DNA of 64,000 nt from Squalus acanthias (lineage: Eukaryota): contig CM059441.1 in assembly GCA_030390025.1 (NCBI GenBank), forward strand, positions 52,700,001-52,764,000. Reading direction: 5' to 3'. This document shows, one piece after another, positions 10,741 to 22,764 of the stretch. How positions within the stretch are numbered: position 1 is the first letter of the stretch; each line of letters opens with the position of its first letter. Under the pieces are notes generated by a model. That model was not told the DNA's origin and did not search any database. It was given only the letters and a program-made list of their open reading frames with translations. A program made the position numbers and the translations under genes.

Positions 10741-11375
10741 ACTTTTACTTTTTTCAATTTAGTATACTGTATTTTTTGCTCACGATGCTGACTCCTCTAC
10801 ATTAGGGAGACCAAACGCAGATTGTGTCATCGCTTTGTGGAACACTTCCATTCAATCCGCAAGCTTGATCCTGAGCTTCTAGTCACCTGATATCTTAATT
10901 CTCCGCACCAATTCCATTCTGACCTCACTGTCCTCGGACTCCTACACTGTTCCAATGAAGCTCAACGGAAGCACGAGGAACAGCACCTCATCTTTCGATT
11001 CAGCACTTTAGAGCCTTCAGGACTCAACACTTAGTTCAACGTTTTCAGATCATAACCACTACTCCCGTTTTTTTGCACAGCAGTTGCTGGTAATGAATCT
11101 TCTTTTTTCATTCTCAGCTCATCCAGACCCATCTTTTGTTTCTTTACTTGTCCCATTATGACGCCCTTTTGCCTCGCACCATCATCCAATTTGTCATTTA
11201 ATCACTCCTGCTTTCCACCCTATCACAGACCTTCCCTTTTGTTCTTTCCTCCCCTCTCCCTGTCCTTGTCTCCGTACTTGTTTAAAAACTGTTACATGTA
11301 TACCATTTTCTAGCTCTGATGAAGAGTCATCGATCTGAAACGTTAACTCTGTTTCTCTCTCCACAGATGATGCCT
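10740..11375 (+). mobile_element. Penelope-like element 3' fragment (GIY-YIG remnant plus pseudo-LTR)
   Basis: Homologous to 60680-61310 (TTTAGTATACTGTATT...CTCTACATT.GGGAGACCAAACGCAGA). Ends in a hammerhead motif. Confidence 0.8.
11312..11348 (+). ncRNA. Minimal type I hammerhead ribozyme motif (Penelope-associated)
   Basis: agct-CTGATGA-agagtcatcgatct-GAAACGTT-aact. Core intact, stems I and II partly decayed. Confidence 0.6.
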
Positions 11376-12410
11376 GAGGGTCGATGTGTGTGGTGCGTTT
11401 GATGTAGTCTATATGGATTATAGCAAGGCTTTTGATTATGTCCCGCATAGCAGACTGGTCACGAATGTAAAAGCCCATGGGATCCAAGGCAATGTGGCAA
11501 GTTGGATCCGAAATTGGCTCAGAGGCAGGAAACAAAGAGTAATGATTGAAGGGTGTTTTTGTCACTGGAAGGTTGTTTCCAGTGGGGTTCTGCAGGGCTC
11601 AGTACTGGGTCCTTTGCTTTTTATGGTATATATCAATCATTTGGACTTGAACGTAGGAAGTATGATGTAGAAGTTTGCAGAAGATACAAAAATTGGCCGT
11701 TTGGTTGATAATGAAGAAGAAAGCTGCAGACTGCAGGAAGCTATCAATGGACTGGTCAGGTGGGCAGAACAGTGGCAAATGGAATTCAATCTGGAGAAAT
11801 GTGAGGTAATGCATTTGGGGAGGGCTCACAAGGCAAGGGAATACACAATAAATGGTAGGACACTGAGAAGTGCAGAGGATCAGAGGGACATTGGAGTGCA
11901 TGTCCACAGATCCCTGAAGGTAGCGGGACCAGTAGATAATGGGTTAAGAAGGCATACGGGATTTTTGCCTTTATTCGCCAAGGCAAAGAAAATAAGAGCA
12001 GGGAGGTTATGCTTGAACTGTATAAAACACTAGTTAGGCCGCAGCTACAATACTGTTGCAATTCTGGTCACCACATTACAGGATGGATGTGATTGCACCA
12101 GTGAGGGTGCAGAGGAGATTTGCGAGCATGTTGCCTGGGCTGCGGAATTTTAGCAATGAGAAAAGATTGGATAGGCTGGGGTTGTTTTCTTTGGAACAAA
12201 GGAGACTGAGGGGAGACCTAATTGAGTTGTATATAATTATATGGGTCCATGATAGAATGGATAGGAAGGACCTATATCCCTTTACAGAGGGATCGATAAC
12301 CAGTGGGGCATAGATTTGAAGTAATTGGTAGGAAGTTTAGAGGGGATTTGAGGAGAAATGTTTTCACCCAGAGGGTGGTAGCGGTCTAGAACTCACTGCC
12401 TCAATGGGTT

Positions 12411-13915
12411 ATTTTTTATTCACTTATGGGATCTGGGCGTCGCTGGCAAGGCCAGCATTTATTGCCCATCCCTAGTTGCCCTTTAGGAGGTGGTGCTGAA
12501 CCGCCTTCTTGAACCGCTGCAGTCCATGTGGTGAAGGTACTCCCACAGTGCTGTTAGGTAGGGAGTTCCAGGAGTTTGACCCAGCGACGATGAAGGATTG
12601 GCGATATACTTCTAAGTTAGAATGGTGTGTGACTTGGAGGGGAACTTGGTGGTGGCATTCCCATGCGCGTGCTGCCCTTGTCCTAGGTGGAAGAGGGCGT
12701 GTGTTTGGGAGGTGCTGCCGAAGAAGCCTTGGCGAGTTGCTGCAGTGCATCTTTTAGATGGTACACACTGCAGCCACGGTATGCTGGTGGTGGAGGGAGT
12801 CATTGTTTAAGGTGGTGGATGGGGTGTCAATCAAACGGGCTGCTTTGTCCTGGATAGTGTCGAGCTTCTTGAGTTGGAGCTGCACTCATCCAGGCAAGTG
12901 GAGAGTATTCCATCACACTCCTTACTTCTACGATAGCAAAATACTGCGGCTGCTGGAAATCTGAAATAACAACAGAAAACGCTGGAAAAACTCAGCAGGC
13001 CAGGCAGCATCCGTGGAGAGAGAAACAGAGTTAACGTTTCAGGTTGAAGACATTTCGACACTCCTTACTTCTGCCTTGTAGATGGTGGAAAGGCTTTGGG
13101 GAGTCAGGACGTGAGACACTCGCCACAGAATACCCAGCCTCTGACCTGCTCTTGTTGCCACAGTATTTATGTGGCTGGTCCAGTTAGGTTTCTGGTCAAT
13201 GGTGACCCCCAGGATGTTGATGGTGGGGGATTCGGTGATGGTATTGCCATTGAATGTGCAGTCGTCAGCGTACATCCCCATTTGTGACCTTATGTTAGAG
13301 CGCAGTTCATTGATGAAGCAGCTGAAGTAGATTGGGTCTAGGACACTGCCCTGAGGAACTCCTGCAGCGATGTCCTGGGGCTGTGATGATTGACTTTCAA
13401 TCACCACAACCATCTTCCTTTGTGCTAGGTATGACTCCAGCCAGTGGAGCGTTTTCCCCCTGATTCCCATTGACTTCAGTTTTACTAGGGCTCCTTGATG
13501 CCACACTCTGTCAAATGCTGCCTTGATGTCAAGGGCAGTCACTCTCACCTCACCTCTGGAATTCCGCTCCTTTGTCCATGTTTGGACCAAGGCTGTAATG
13601 AGGTCGGGACCCGAGTGGTCTTGGCGGAACCCAGACTGGGCATCAGTGAGCAGGTTATTGGTGAGTAGATGACGCTTAATAGCACTGTCGATGACACCTT
13701 CCATCACTTTGCTGATGATTGGGTGAAGACTGATGGGGCGGTAATTGGCCGGGTTTGATTTGTCCTGTTTTTTGTGGACAGGACATACCTGGGCAGTTTT
13801 CCGCAATGTCGGATAGATGCCAGTGGTGTAGCTGTAATGGAACAGCTTGGCCAGAGGTGCGGCTAGTTCTGTAGCACAAGTCTTCAGCACGATTGCCGGG
13901 ATGTTGTTGGGGCCC
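12411..13915 (-). mobile_element. CR1-group (L2/Crack-like) LINE fragment nested in the CR1 LINE
   Basis: ORF 13039..13917 (GVPQGSVL, MYADDCT) and ORF 12472..12750. Flanked by the ATGGGTT direct repeat. Confidence 0.85.
12930..13057 (-). mobile_element. Short Penelope pseudo-LTR fragment with 15-bp TSD
   Basis: Flanked by ACACTCCTTACTTCT at 12915-12929 and 13058-13072. Carries the 3' half of a hammerhead motif (minus strand CCTGAAACGTTAACTC). Confidence 0.75.
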
Positions 13916-16900
13916 ATGGGTTGTAGAGGCAGAAACCATCAGCACATTTAAAAAGTACTTGGATATGCACTTGAACTGCCGTAACCATCACTGCTACGGA
14001 CCAAGTGCTGGAAAGTGGGATTAGGCTGGATAGCTCTTTGTCGGCCGCCACGGATAAGATGGGCCGAATGGCCTCCTTCTGTGCTGTAAATTTCTATGAT
14101 TCTATGATTCTATGACCTGCTGAGTGTTTCCAGCATTTTCTGTTTTAATTCAGATTTCCAGAATCTGCAGCACTTTGCTTTTGTATTAAAAGGATGATGT
14201 TAAGCGAATACTTTAAAAGATTGAACATTGTTCTTTTTGTGCTATTGCCAGTGAGAAAGTCCCCTCTCCTTTCTAAACCCCCCTTGTAGCTGGAGTAGAA
14301 TAATCCCCTTTGCCTTACAATGCCTGTTACATTTCAGGTGAGATTTCTGCCTGATCCCTGTGTCCCTCTAACTATATAATGTCTGTCCATTACATTTCTG
14401 GTGAAATTTCATCCTCACCCTTTGGGTATTAATCTGACGGGCGGATCGCACGCCCTGTCCAGAACCCGGCTGATTATAATTCTACTGAAATAATGTAAAT
14501 AATGAAATATTTAGTCATACACAGCAGCTTGTTATAGAATTTCACCCCTCAACAAAAACACACCCATTTCCCATCAATAATCGACTCAACAATTGAACTT
14601 AATCAGTAGATTTTGTTCAACGTCCGCACAAAGGTAGGGCTTGCAGTAAAATTCACTTCTGTTGATGCATCTCTTGGTAATTAAAGGATATTCAGCTGCC
14701 AAGGGTCTAAGCTATGGAATTCCCTCCCTAAACCACTTTTTTATTATACGTTTATGGGATGTAGGCGTCGCTGGCAAGGCCAGCGTTTATTGCCCATCCC
14801 TAATTGCCCTTCATAAGGTGGTGGTGAGCCACCTTCTTGAACCGCTACAGTCCATGTGGTGAAGGTGCTCCCACAGTGCTGTTAGGTAGGGAGTTTCAGG
14901 ATTTTGACACAGTAACAATGAAGGATCAGCGATATACTTCTAAGTCAGAATGGTGTGTGACTTGGAGGGGCACTTGGAGGTGGTGGTGTTACCATGCGCC
15001 TGCTGCCCCTGTCCTTCTAGTTGGAAGAGGTCGCGGGTTTTGGAGGTGCTGCCGAAGAAGCCTTGGTGAGTTGCTGCAATGCATCTTGTAGATGGTACAC
15101 ACTGCAGCCATGGTTCGCTGGTGTTGGAGAGAGTGAATGTTTAAGGTGGGGGATGGAGTGCCAATCAAGCGGGCTGCTTTGTCCTGGATGGTGTCGAGCT
15201 TCTTGAGTGATTTTGGTGCTGCACTCATCCAGGCAAGTGGAGAGTATTCCATCACACTCTTTAATTGTGCCTTGTCGATGGTGGAAAGACTTTGGGGAGT
15301 CAGGAAGTGAGACACTCGCCGCAGAATACCTCGCCTCTGACCAGCTTTTGTTGCCACAATATTGATGTGGCTGGTCCAGTTAAATTTCTGGTCAATGGTG
15401 ACCCCAAGGATGTTGATGATGGGGAATTCGGCAATCGTAATGCCGTTGAAAGACAAGGGGCTGTGGTTAGCCTCTTGCTTGGTGGAGATATTCATTGCCT
15501 GGCACTTGTGTAGCGTGAATGTTATCTGCCACTTATCAGCCCAAGCCTGAGCGTCATCCAGATCTTGTTGCATACAGGCATGGACTGCTTCATTATCTGA
15601 GGATTTGTGAATGGCACTGAACACTGCAGTCATCAGCGAACATCCCCATTTCTGACCTTATGTTGGAGGGAAGATCATTGATGAAACAGCTGAAGATGGT
15701 TGTGCCCAGGACACTGTCGTGAGCAACTCCGGCAGCGAAGTCCTGGGGCTGTGATGATTGACCTTAAACCACCACAACCACTTTGCTTTGTGCTAGGTAT
15801 GACTTCAACCAATGGAGAGTTTTCTCCCCGATTCCCATTGACTTCAGTTTTACTAGGGCTCCTTGATGTGACACTCTGTTAAATGCTGCCTTGATGTCAA
15901 GGGCAGTCACTCTCACCTCACCTCTGGAATTCAGCTCCTTTGTCCATGTTTGGACCAAGGCTGTAATGAGGTGTGGAGCCGAGTGGTCTTGGCGGAATAC
16001 AAACTGGGCATCAGCGGGCAGGTATTTGGTGAGTAAGTGCCGCTTGTTATCACTGTCGATGACACCTTCCATCACTTTGTTGATGATTACGAGCAGACTG
16101 ATTGGGCGGTAATTGGCTCGATTGAATTTGTCCTGCTTTTAGTGGACAGGATATACCTGGGCAGTTTTCCACATTGTCGGATAGATGCCAGTGTTTTAGC
16201 TGTACTGCAACAGCTCGGCTACAGACGCGGAAAGTTCTGGAGCACAAGACTTCAGCACGACAGCTGGGATGTTGTCGGGGCTGTAAGGGATTCTCCTGAC
16301 CCTGCGTGTCTCGTAGCCTGTGAGATTCACGCGGCTCTGTGCAGCCTGTATGTCAGTGCGGGTCTAGGCCTGGTTGCCTGTTCTGGTCTCCAGCCAGTCT
16401 GGGAACACTAGACACACCTGTGAGTGGTTCGAATCACTCTCCCTTACGGTTCTAGACACTGGACTTAGATGCGAGAGCAGTAATGGAGATAAAACTCATG
16501 TAGACTTGGTTTGAATGGTACGAAATGGAAAATCTTTATTGCATGATACTTAAAATTATGAAATACATGTCATACGCACAGATTAATGACAGTACAATCT
16601 TACAAACGGTTATAATCAATCTTAGGGAAACGAGGAACGAACGGCACAACGTAAATAGGGCACACATTACAAATATCCTTAATCTTTAAACCCTCCCCTA
16701 TCAATATCTATCCTAAACTAGCTTCGTAGGATCTCGAGACTCATGCTCACCACTCGTAATAACTCGGAGAAATCCCGAATAGCTGATCGGATGTTTTTCA
16801 CCGCAGCACCCACGTGTCGGTCAGGAGATCTCCTGGTCCCACTTGTTTACTGGCTTCTGCTGCTCGGGCTAGTAGGCTGGACCGTCTGCTGTAGTGAAGA

Positions 16901-17969
16901 CCTCTGTTGGTGGACTTCACAGTTTAGTCGAGGAGCACCGTTGTCAATATCACTGATACGATGTGTTTGCACAGTCCAGTTATCATTGATGCAATATGTT
17001 TTGTTAGAAGTTTAAAGAAGAAAACTTCCTGTCGAGAAGACTTGGCTGATCGACCTACAGGCGCGGTCGGGATTTACTGACCGTGGCGATGGATATGGTC
17101 TTCTTCTCTTCTCCTCTCATCTCATCTCATCTCATCTCATCTCGGGCCTTTGGTTCCGCTGCCAGTTACCAACATAGGTCTTCGTTACGCGACACGAGGT
17201 AGATCCGAACGGATCAGAAAGTTCAACAGTCTTTTACACAGGAGCAGCCACGAGGTTACGAACCGACCGGATAAAACACAGGAGCAGCCACGATGATAAA
17301 AGCAGCAAGCGAGCAAGAGCGGCAAGAGACAAGAGAAAGAATGGACGGTTTGGGGCCTGCAATTATAGTGCAAAAATCTTCCGTTTCCCGCCCAACTATA
17401 ATGTCCATTCTTTTGTTTAGGGTTTGGCGCCCAAATGTCTTGTATGGGTGATCTCCGTCCTTAATGGGTTTCGGGGCTACTCATGAATGTTTGAGTACCT
17501 GTTAATATTTCTCCCATTGTTAAATCGGTCGGTGTTCTCCCTGGAGGGGTTTGGGGCTTCCAAGTGTCCTGTATAACTACCTGCTAACGGCTCTCTCATC
17601 GTAGAGCCGTTGGGAGTTTACATATTAATGTCCTCTGGATGGGCCCTTAAGTACTCGGTACAATGGCTTTCCTTTGTACCTGGGAGACCGATTCCAGTAT
17701 CTATGTTTATACTGTAAACCCATAATGTCCCGTGTATTATCTTCACTGTGCTGAATCGTTATCGATCTTGCAAAAAAATGTTTAATGGAACGCCATCTTG
17801 TCTGCCTGTTGAAAAGTCTAGAATGTTCTGTCACGAGGTGCGGCGGCCATTTTACAGGCTGCTTGTGTCCAATTTAAACCTGACAGCATTCTGCTGAAAT
17901 AAAAGCTGTTTGAACGAAACTTTGTGTTTTCTCCTTATTAATCAAATCGCGATAATTGCGAATTCTACA
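13487..17969 (+). repeat. Second copy of a near-identical duplication of 1-4475
   Basis: Offset is 13486, then 13494 after one extra 8-bp tail unit near 14100. The only other difference seen is G896 vs T14390. The ORF track is duplicated exactly. Confidence 0.95.
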
Positions 17970-18950
17970 GGGCCCATAGCCTTTGCTGTATCCAGTGTGC
18001 TCAGCCTTTTCTTGATATCACGTGGATTGAATCGAATTGGCTGAAGACTGGTTTCTGTGATGGTGGGGACCTCAGGAGGAGGCCGATATGTATCATCCAC
18101 TCAGCACTTCTGGCTGAAGATGGTTGCAAACGGTTCAGCATTGTCTTTTGCACTCACGTGCTGGGCTCCACCATCATTGAGGATGGGGATATTTATGGAA
18201 CCTTCTCCTCCCTTTAGTTGTTTAATGGTATACCACTGGATGTGGCAGGACTGCCGAGCTTTGATCTGATCCGTTGATTGTGGGATCGCTTAGCCCTTTC
18301 TATAGCTTGCTGTTCCACTTTTTAGCATGCATGTAGTCCTGTGTTGCATCTTCCCCAGGTTGGCACCCTTTTTTCGGTACGGCTGGTGCTGCTCCTGGCA
18401 TGCTCTTCTACACTCCTTATTGAACCAGGGTTGCTCCCCTGGCTTGGTGGTAATGTTAACATGAGGAATATGCCAGGTCATGAGGTTACAGATTTTGGTG
18501 GAATACAATCCTGCTGCTGCTGAAGGCCCACAGTGCCTCACGGATGCCCAGTTTTGAGCTGCTAGATCTGTTCTGAATCTATCCCTTTTAGCATGGTGGT
18601 AGTGCCACACAACACGATGGAGGGTGTCCTCAGTGTGAAGACAGGACTTCCTGTCCACAATGACTGCGGTTGTCACTGCTACCAATACTGTCATGGACAG
18701 ATGCACCTGCGACAGAGAGATTGGTGAGGACGGGTCAGGTGGGTTTTGCCCTCGTGTTGGTTCTCTCACTACCTGTCGCAGGCCCTGACTGGCAACGATG
18801 TCCTTCAGGAGTCGGGCAGCTCGGTCAGTAGGGGTGCTACCGAGCCACTCGTGGTGATGGACATTGAAGTCCCCCACCCAGAGTATGTTCTGTGTGCTAG
18901 TTACTCTCAGTTCTTCTTCCAAGTAGTGTTCAACATGGAGAGGTACTGAT
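14739..18950 (-). mobile_element. CR1-group (L2/Crack-like) LINE interrupted by the solo LTR
   Basis: RT part at 14739-16281. After the LTR, 17970-18950 continues upstream into the endonuclease region (WVGDFNVHH in ORF 18290..18922). Confidence 0.85.
16282..17969 (-). mobile_element. Solo LTR with 4-bp GGGC TSD
   Basis: GTCGGGGC|TGTA...TACA|GGGCCCATAG. LINE sequence is continuous on both sides and no PBS or PPT is adjacent. Confidence 0.9.
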
Positions 18951-18957
18951 GCGTGAT

Positions 18958-19613
18958 AACCCGGATCTTGCGATCTGTCTTGTTTCTCCTTGACAGATCG
19001 TACCCAGCCGCTACAAATTCACTTTCGGTGGCGCAGATTTGGGCTATTTGCCCAACTACTGCCCAGTGAATACGCACCAAACCCTTATGCCTGGTAAAAG
19101 TAGGCGTAAGACCTTTTACCAGCATGAGCATTTAAATAAATGTAAATCAATTTTTTTAATGATTTAAACATTCATTTTCATTTAAAATTAGTTCAGGTTA
19201 TTATTGTCCCGTTTAAAAATGTTTAAATTTATTATTCATAAAATTAAATCTACTTTGAAATGTTTAATTAAAGGGTATTTTAATTAATTTTGAACCTGTG
19301 ATTATTTATTTTTATTTCAGTGGTGTGAAATTGTATTTATCAGGTGATTCCTATTCTGCTTATGGGGATTCCGTCCGTAAATGGATCCCATTGAGCACAA
19401 TCAGAATCCAACCTGTGTCACTGGTTGGCCTGGCTAATTGATCCCAGGGACGCTTTCGAACCGCCTGCGCCCCTGGGATCCGTGGGTCTTCACTCAGGTG
19501 CAGGCCCAGGACCGCAAGAGTCCGAAGCTCCGGAGCCATCAGGTAAGTACGGAGGATTCTTGCGGTTTGGAGGTGTACGCGGGCGGCAAGACTCAGACCG
19601 CAATTTCCAGGCC
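18958..19613. mobile_element. Possible non-autonomous DNA transposon (MITE-like)
   Basis: Imperfect terminal inverted repeats (left CCGGATCTTGCGATCTGTCTTG; reverse complement of right CCTGGAAATTGCGGTCTGAGTCTTG) around an AT-rich core. Confidence 0.4.
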
Positions 19614-20479
19614 ATTTATCTCCTTATGTGGCTCGGTGTTAATTTTGGTTTGATAACGCTCCTGTGAAGCGCCATGGGACGTTTTACTATGTTAAAGGCC
19701 CTGTATTGTTGTTGTTTTATTCCATTTATTGTTACAGGTCAATAGTATAATTCCGTTTGCCTAAACTGAAGATGAAACATGATCGCAATACATTGGCGAC
19801 CTGTGGTGGATTCAGACTGTATTAAATGACAAGACTCACAGTTAGATTTCAGATGGATAGGCCCAGATAATCAGCGGACCCCATTAGACACAGAAGAATA
19901 ACTAAATCTAATGATGAGACTCTACCGGACCTGTTCCCAGAATAGATACTTAGACAAGTATTTTTCATAAACCCTTTAATAAATGAGCGGACACCACAGG
20001 ACTCACTGTTGGGAACTACATTCACAGTCATGCGCCTCTCAGTCTTTTCAACACAACAGGAAATATAGACGTTTCATTACTCGCTTATTGTATGGAGAAA
20101 TAGATGTAATGAACCAGCATTATAAGTTGCGGTTATGTATTATCTAAGAAAAAAATTAATGTAATTATTTAGCCTTAATTAAACAATGCGAATCGACCAT
20201 ATGTTTTACCAAAACAATATCTGAGTAGAACTGCCCATCGGTGAAACTCACGTAAGAGTATTTAGATAAACATGAACCAATTTAAACAGGAATAAAAACA
20301 GCTCGACATACTGGTTTAACTATTGGAGCCTGAACTTCCCGGAGCTGCAGTTCCACCGTTCGAAGGTAGAACAGTGAATATGTGAGAAACAGTGAGCGGT
20401 GGGAGTGAGTGGGACTGGAGATTGACACAGAGAGGAGAATGAAAGCTTTGATCTAGAGCATGTAGTGACACTGTACTTT

Positions 20480-20950
20480 TATCAGAGGGATGGAGAGAGA
20501 GAGACAGACAGACAGATAGATATAGAGAGACACAGGCAGAGAGAGAAATGCAGACAGAGACACACACAGAGATGAGGAGAGTGAACGCAATTAACTACAG
20601 CATGAGGCGGCCCTGTACAAGAATCAAAGGCATGGAGAGAACGTTAGAGAGAAAGAGACAGAGAGAGAAAAATGTTAAAATGCAGAGAGAGAGCAAGAGA
20701 GACAGAGAGAAAAGGAGAGATATAGAAACAGAGAGAGGAGAGTGAAACCAATGAACTAGAGCACGTGAGAAACCTGTACCCTAATCAGAGGAATAGAGAG
20801 ATGGACAGAGAGATGGACAGAGAGATGGAAAGACAGATAGAGAGAGAGGATGCCAGTGAAAAAAATATACTGGAGTGGATGACAAACAGTACACCAATCA
20901 AACTAATGGAGAGAGAGAGAGACCACAAGACAATAGAAAGACGGAAACAG
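20480..20950. repeat. GA/GACA-rich low-complexity tract
   Basis: Degenerate (GA)n, (GACA)n and GAGATGGACAGA units. Confidence 0.85.
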
Positions 20951-21087
20951 AGAATCTGGAGCAGGCAGGGTGATAAGGGGGGTAAAGGTGCAGGAGGATT
21001 TGATAAGATCAGGACAGAGTGGCACAACCGGTAGAGGCCAATTTCAGGGAAAGGTAAAAGAAGGAGACAGACTGGGAAAGCCATTTC

Positions 21088-21800
21088 ATGGGTGTCCTTG
21101 TGCACCAGTCGCTGAAGGTAAGCATGCAGGTGCAGCAGGCGGTGAAGAAGGCAAATGGTATGTTGGCCTTCATAGCGAAAGGGTTTGAGTATAGGAACAG
21201 GGATGTCCTGCTGCAGTTGTACAGGGCCTTGGTGAGACCACACCTTGAGTACTGTGTGCAGTTTTGGTCGCCTTATCTGAGGAAGGATGTTCTTGCCATG
21301 GAAGGAGTTCAGCGAAGATTCACAAGGCTGATACCTGGGATGGCAGGAATGACATATGAGGAGCGATTGGGTCGATTGGGCTTATACTCGCTGGAGTATA
21401 GAAGAATGAGAGGGGATCTCATCGAAACATATAAAATTCTGACAGGTCTGGACAAACTAGATGCAGGAAGAATGTTACCGATGGTCGGAGAGTCCAGAAC
21501 CAGGGGTCATAATCTAAGGATAAGGGGTAAGCCATTTAGGAGAGAAATTAGGAAGAATTTCTTCACCCAGAGTGGTGAACCTGTGGAATTCTCTACCACA
21601 GAAGGTAGTTGAGGCCAAGTCATTAAATATATTCAAGAATGAGTTAGATATAGTTCTTAAAGCTAAAGGTATGAAGGGATTTGGGGAGAAGGCAGGTACA
21701 GGGTACTGAGTTTGGATGATCAGCCATGATCTCATCTAATGGCGGAGCAGGCTCGAGGGGCCGAATGGTCTACTCCTGCTCCTATCTTCTATGTTTCTAT
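21088..21800 (+). mobile_element. CR1/HER1-type LINE 3' end
   Basis: ORF 21088..21612 (LVRPHLEYCVQFWSP, RRMRGDLIETYKI) and a TTCTATGT tail. Confidence 0.9.
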
Positions 21801-22764
21801 GGGTTTTCTCTTCACGCGCATTTAATGCCATATGGCAGACATACACCGACATTAAAGTGTTTATGAGAAAAATAAACCGTGCTGGGCAGATCGAATGGGA
21901 TGAGAGAGTGCGGCAGGAAAGTGGCAGAATCATACAGGTGTGCTGCATGTTCTACTTCATTGTTCTGAACTCCTAGACATGCAGTAGAAGCAGTCCCTCT
22001 GCTCCATGTGCAAGATCCACGACCAAGTTACGATGCGGCTTTTGGGCAAATCTTATGTCTAAATGGGAAACTCTGAGACTCTGGGGACAGCGCTGGAGGC
22101 ATTACCTGTAGCCTGAAGAGCCCTCCCAGTGCTCTGGACTGGAAAACGGCCCCGGTCCGCTGGATAAACTCCAGTGGAACACTTGGACACAAGAGGTCCC
22201 GAACCCTTGGTTCTGTCAAAATGCATCGACACTCTCTGCAGTCAGGTCAATAGAGTCTGTCTGTCAGGGTGAGCGTTTGGAATCCCTATCTCGACCTGTG
22301 TTTACTTCTTGACACTGGTTTACTGGAACCATTGGTCTCTCAGTTGCCCCTCCGCCATTCTGCTCTGTGTCTCTGACACTCCAGCACTGCAGTGTCCGGC
22401 TCCAAATGAGTCTGTTGGTGTCCTTACCTGTCACAATTTCTCCAAATTTCTGAGGAGCCGGAATTCTTGTTTTATTCTCCCTCACTACGTTCCCTTTCTT
22501 TGTATGGAGCTGTCCTAATTATCACATTGTTGTGGCTGCCGCGGAGCACGAATTGAGGCCGAGTCAACATGTGAAACACATAGCTTTTAATCACAACTCT
22601 GGTCAAAATGGCTGCAGCCACATTTCTCTCCAAAACCCAGAGGCCCCGCCCACTCCTTTTCTCCTGCCTTAAAGGCAAGGTGCCCGATTTATTGTCCAAG
22701 GACGGAAAAGTGGATTGCGCCTGTCTCGGTGGCGATCCGCCACACAGCTCCCCCCTGAATCCGC

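Larger units (their letters stand above)
11380..14114 (+). mobile_element. CR1/HER1-type LINE 3' part, split by an inserted LINE at 12411-13915
   Basis: RT pieces VYMDYSKAFD, GVLQGSVLGP, WAEQWQMEFN. Continuity across an ATGGGTT TSD (12404-12410 / 13916-13922), with the tail at about 14092-14114. Confidence 0.85.

Noticed and set aside
20316-21243. Hydrophobic or charged ORFs around 20.3-21.2 kb
   Set aside because: They are translations of a GA-rich low-complexity tract.
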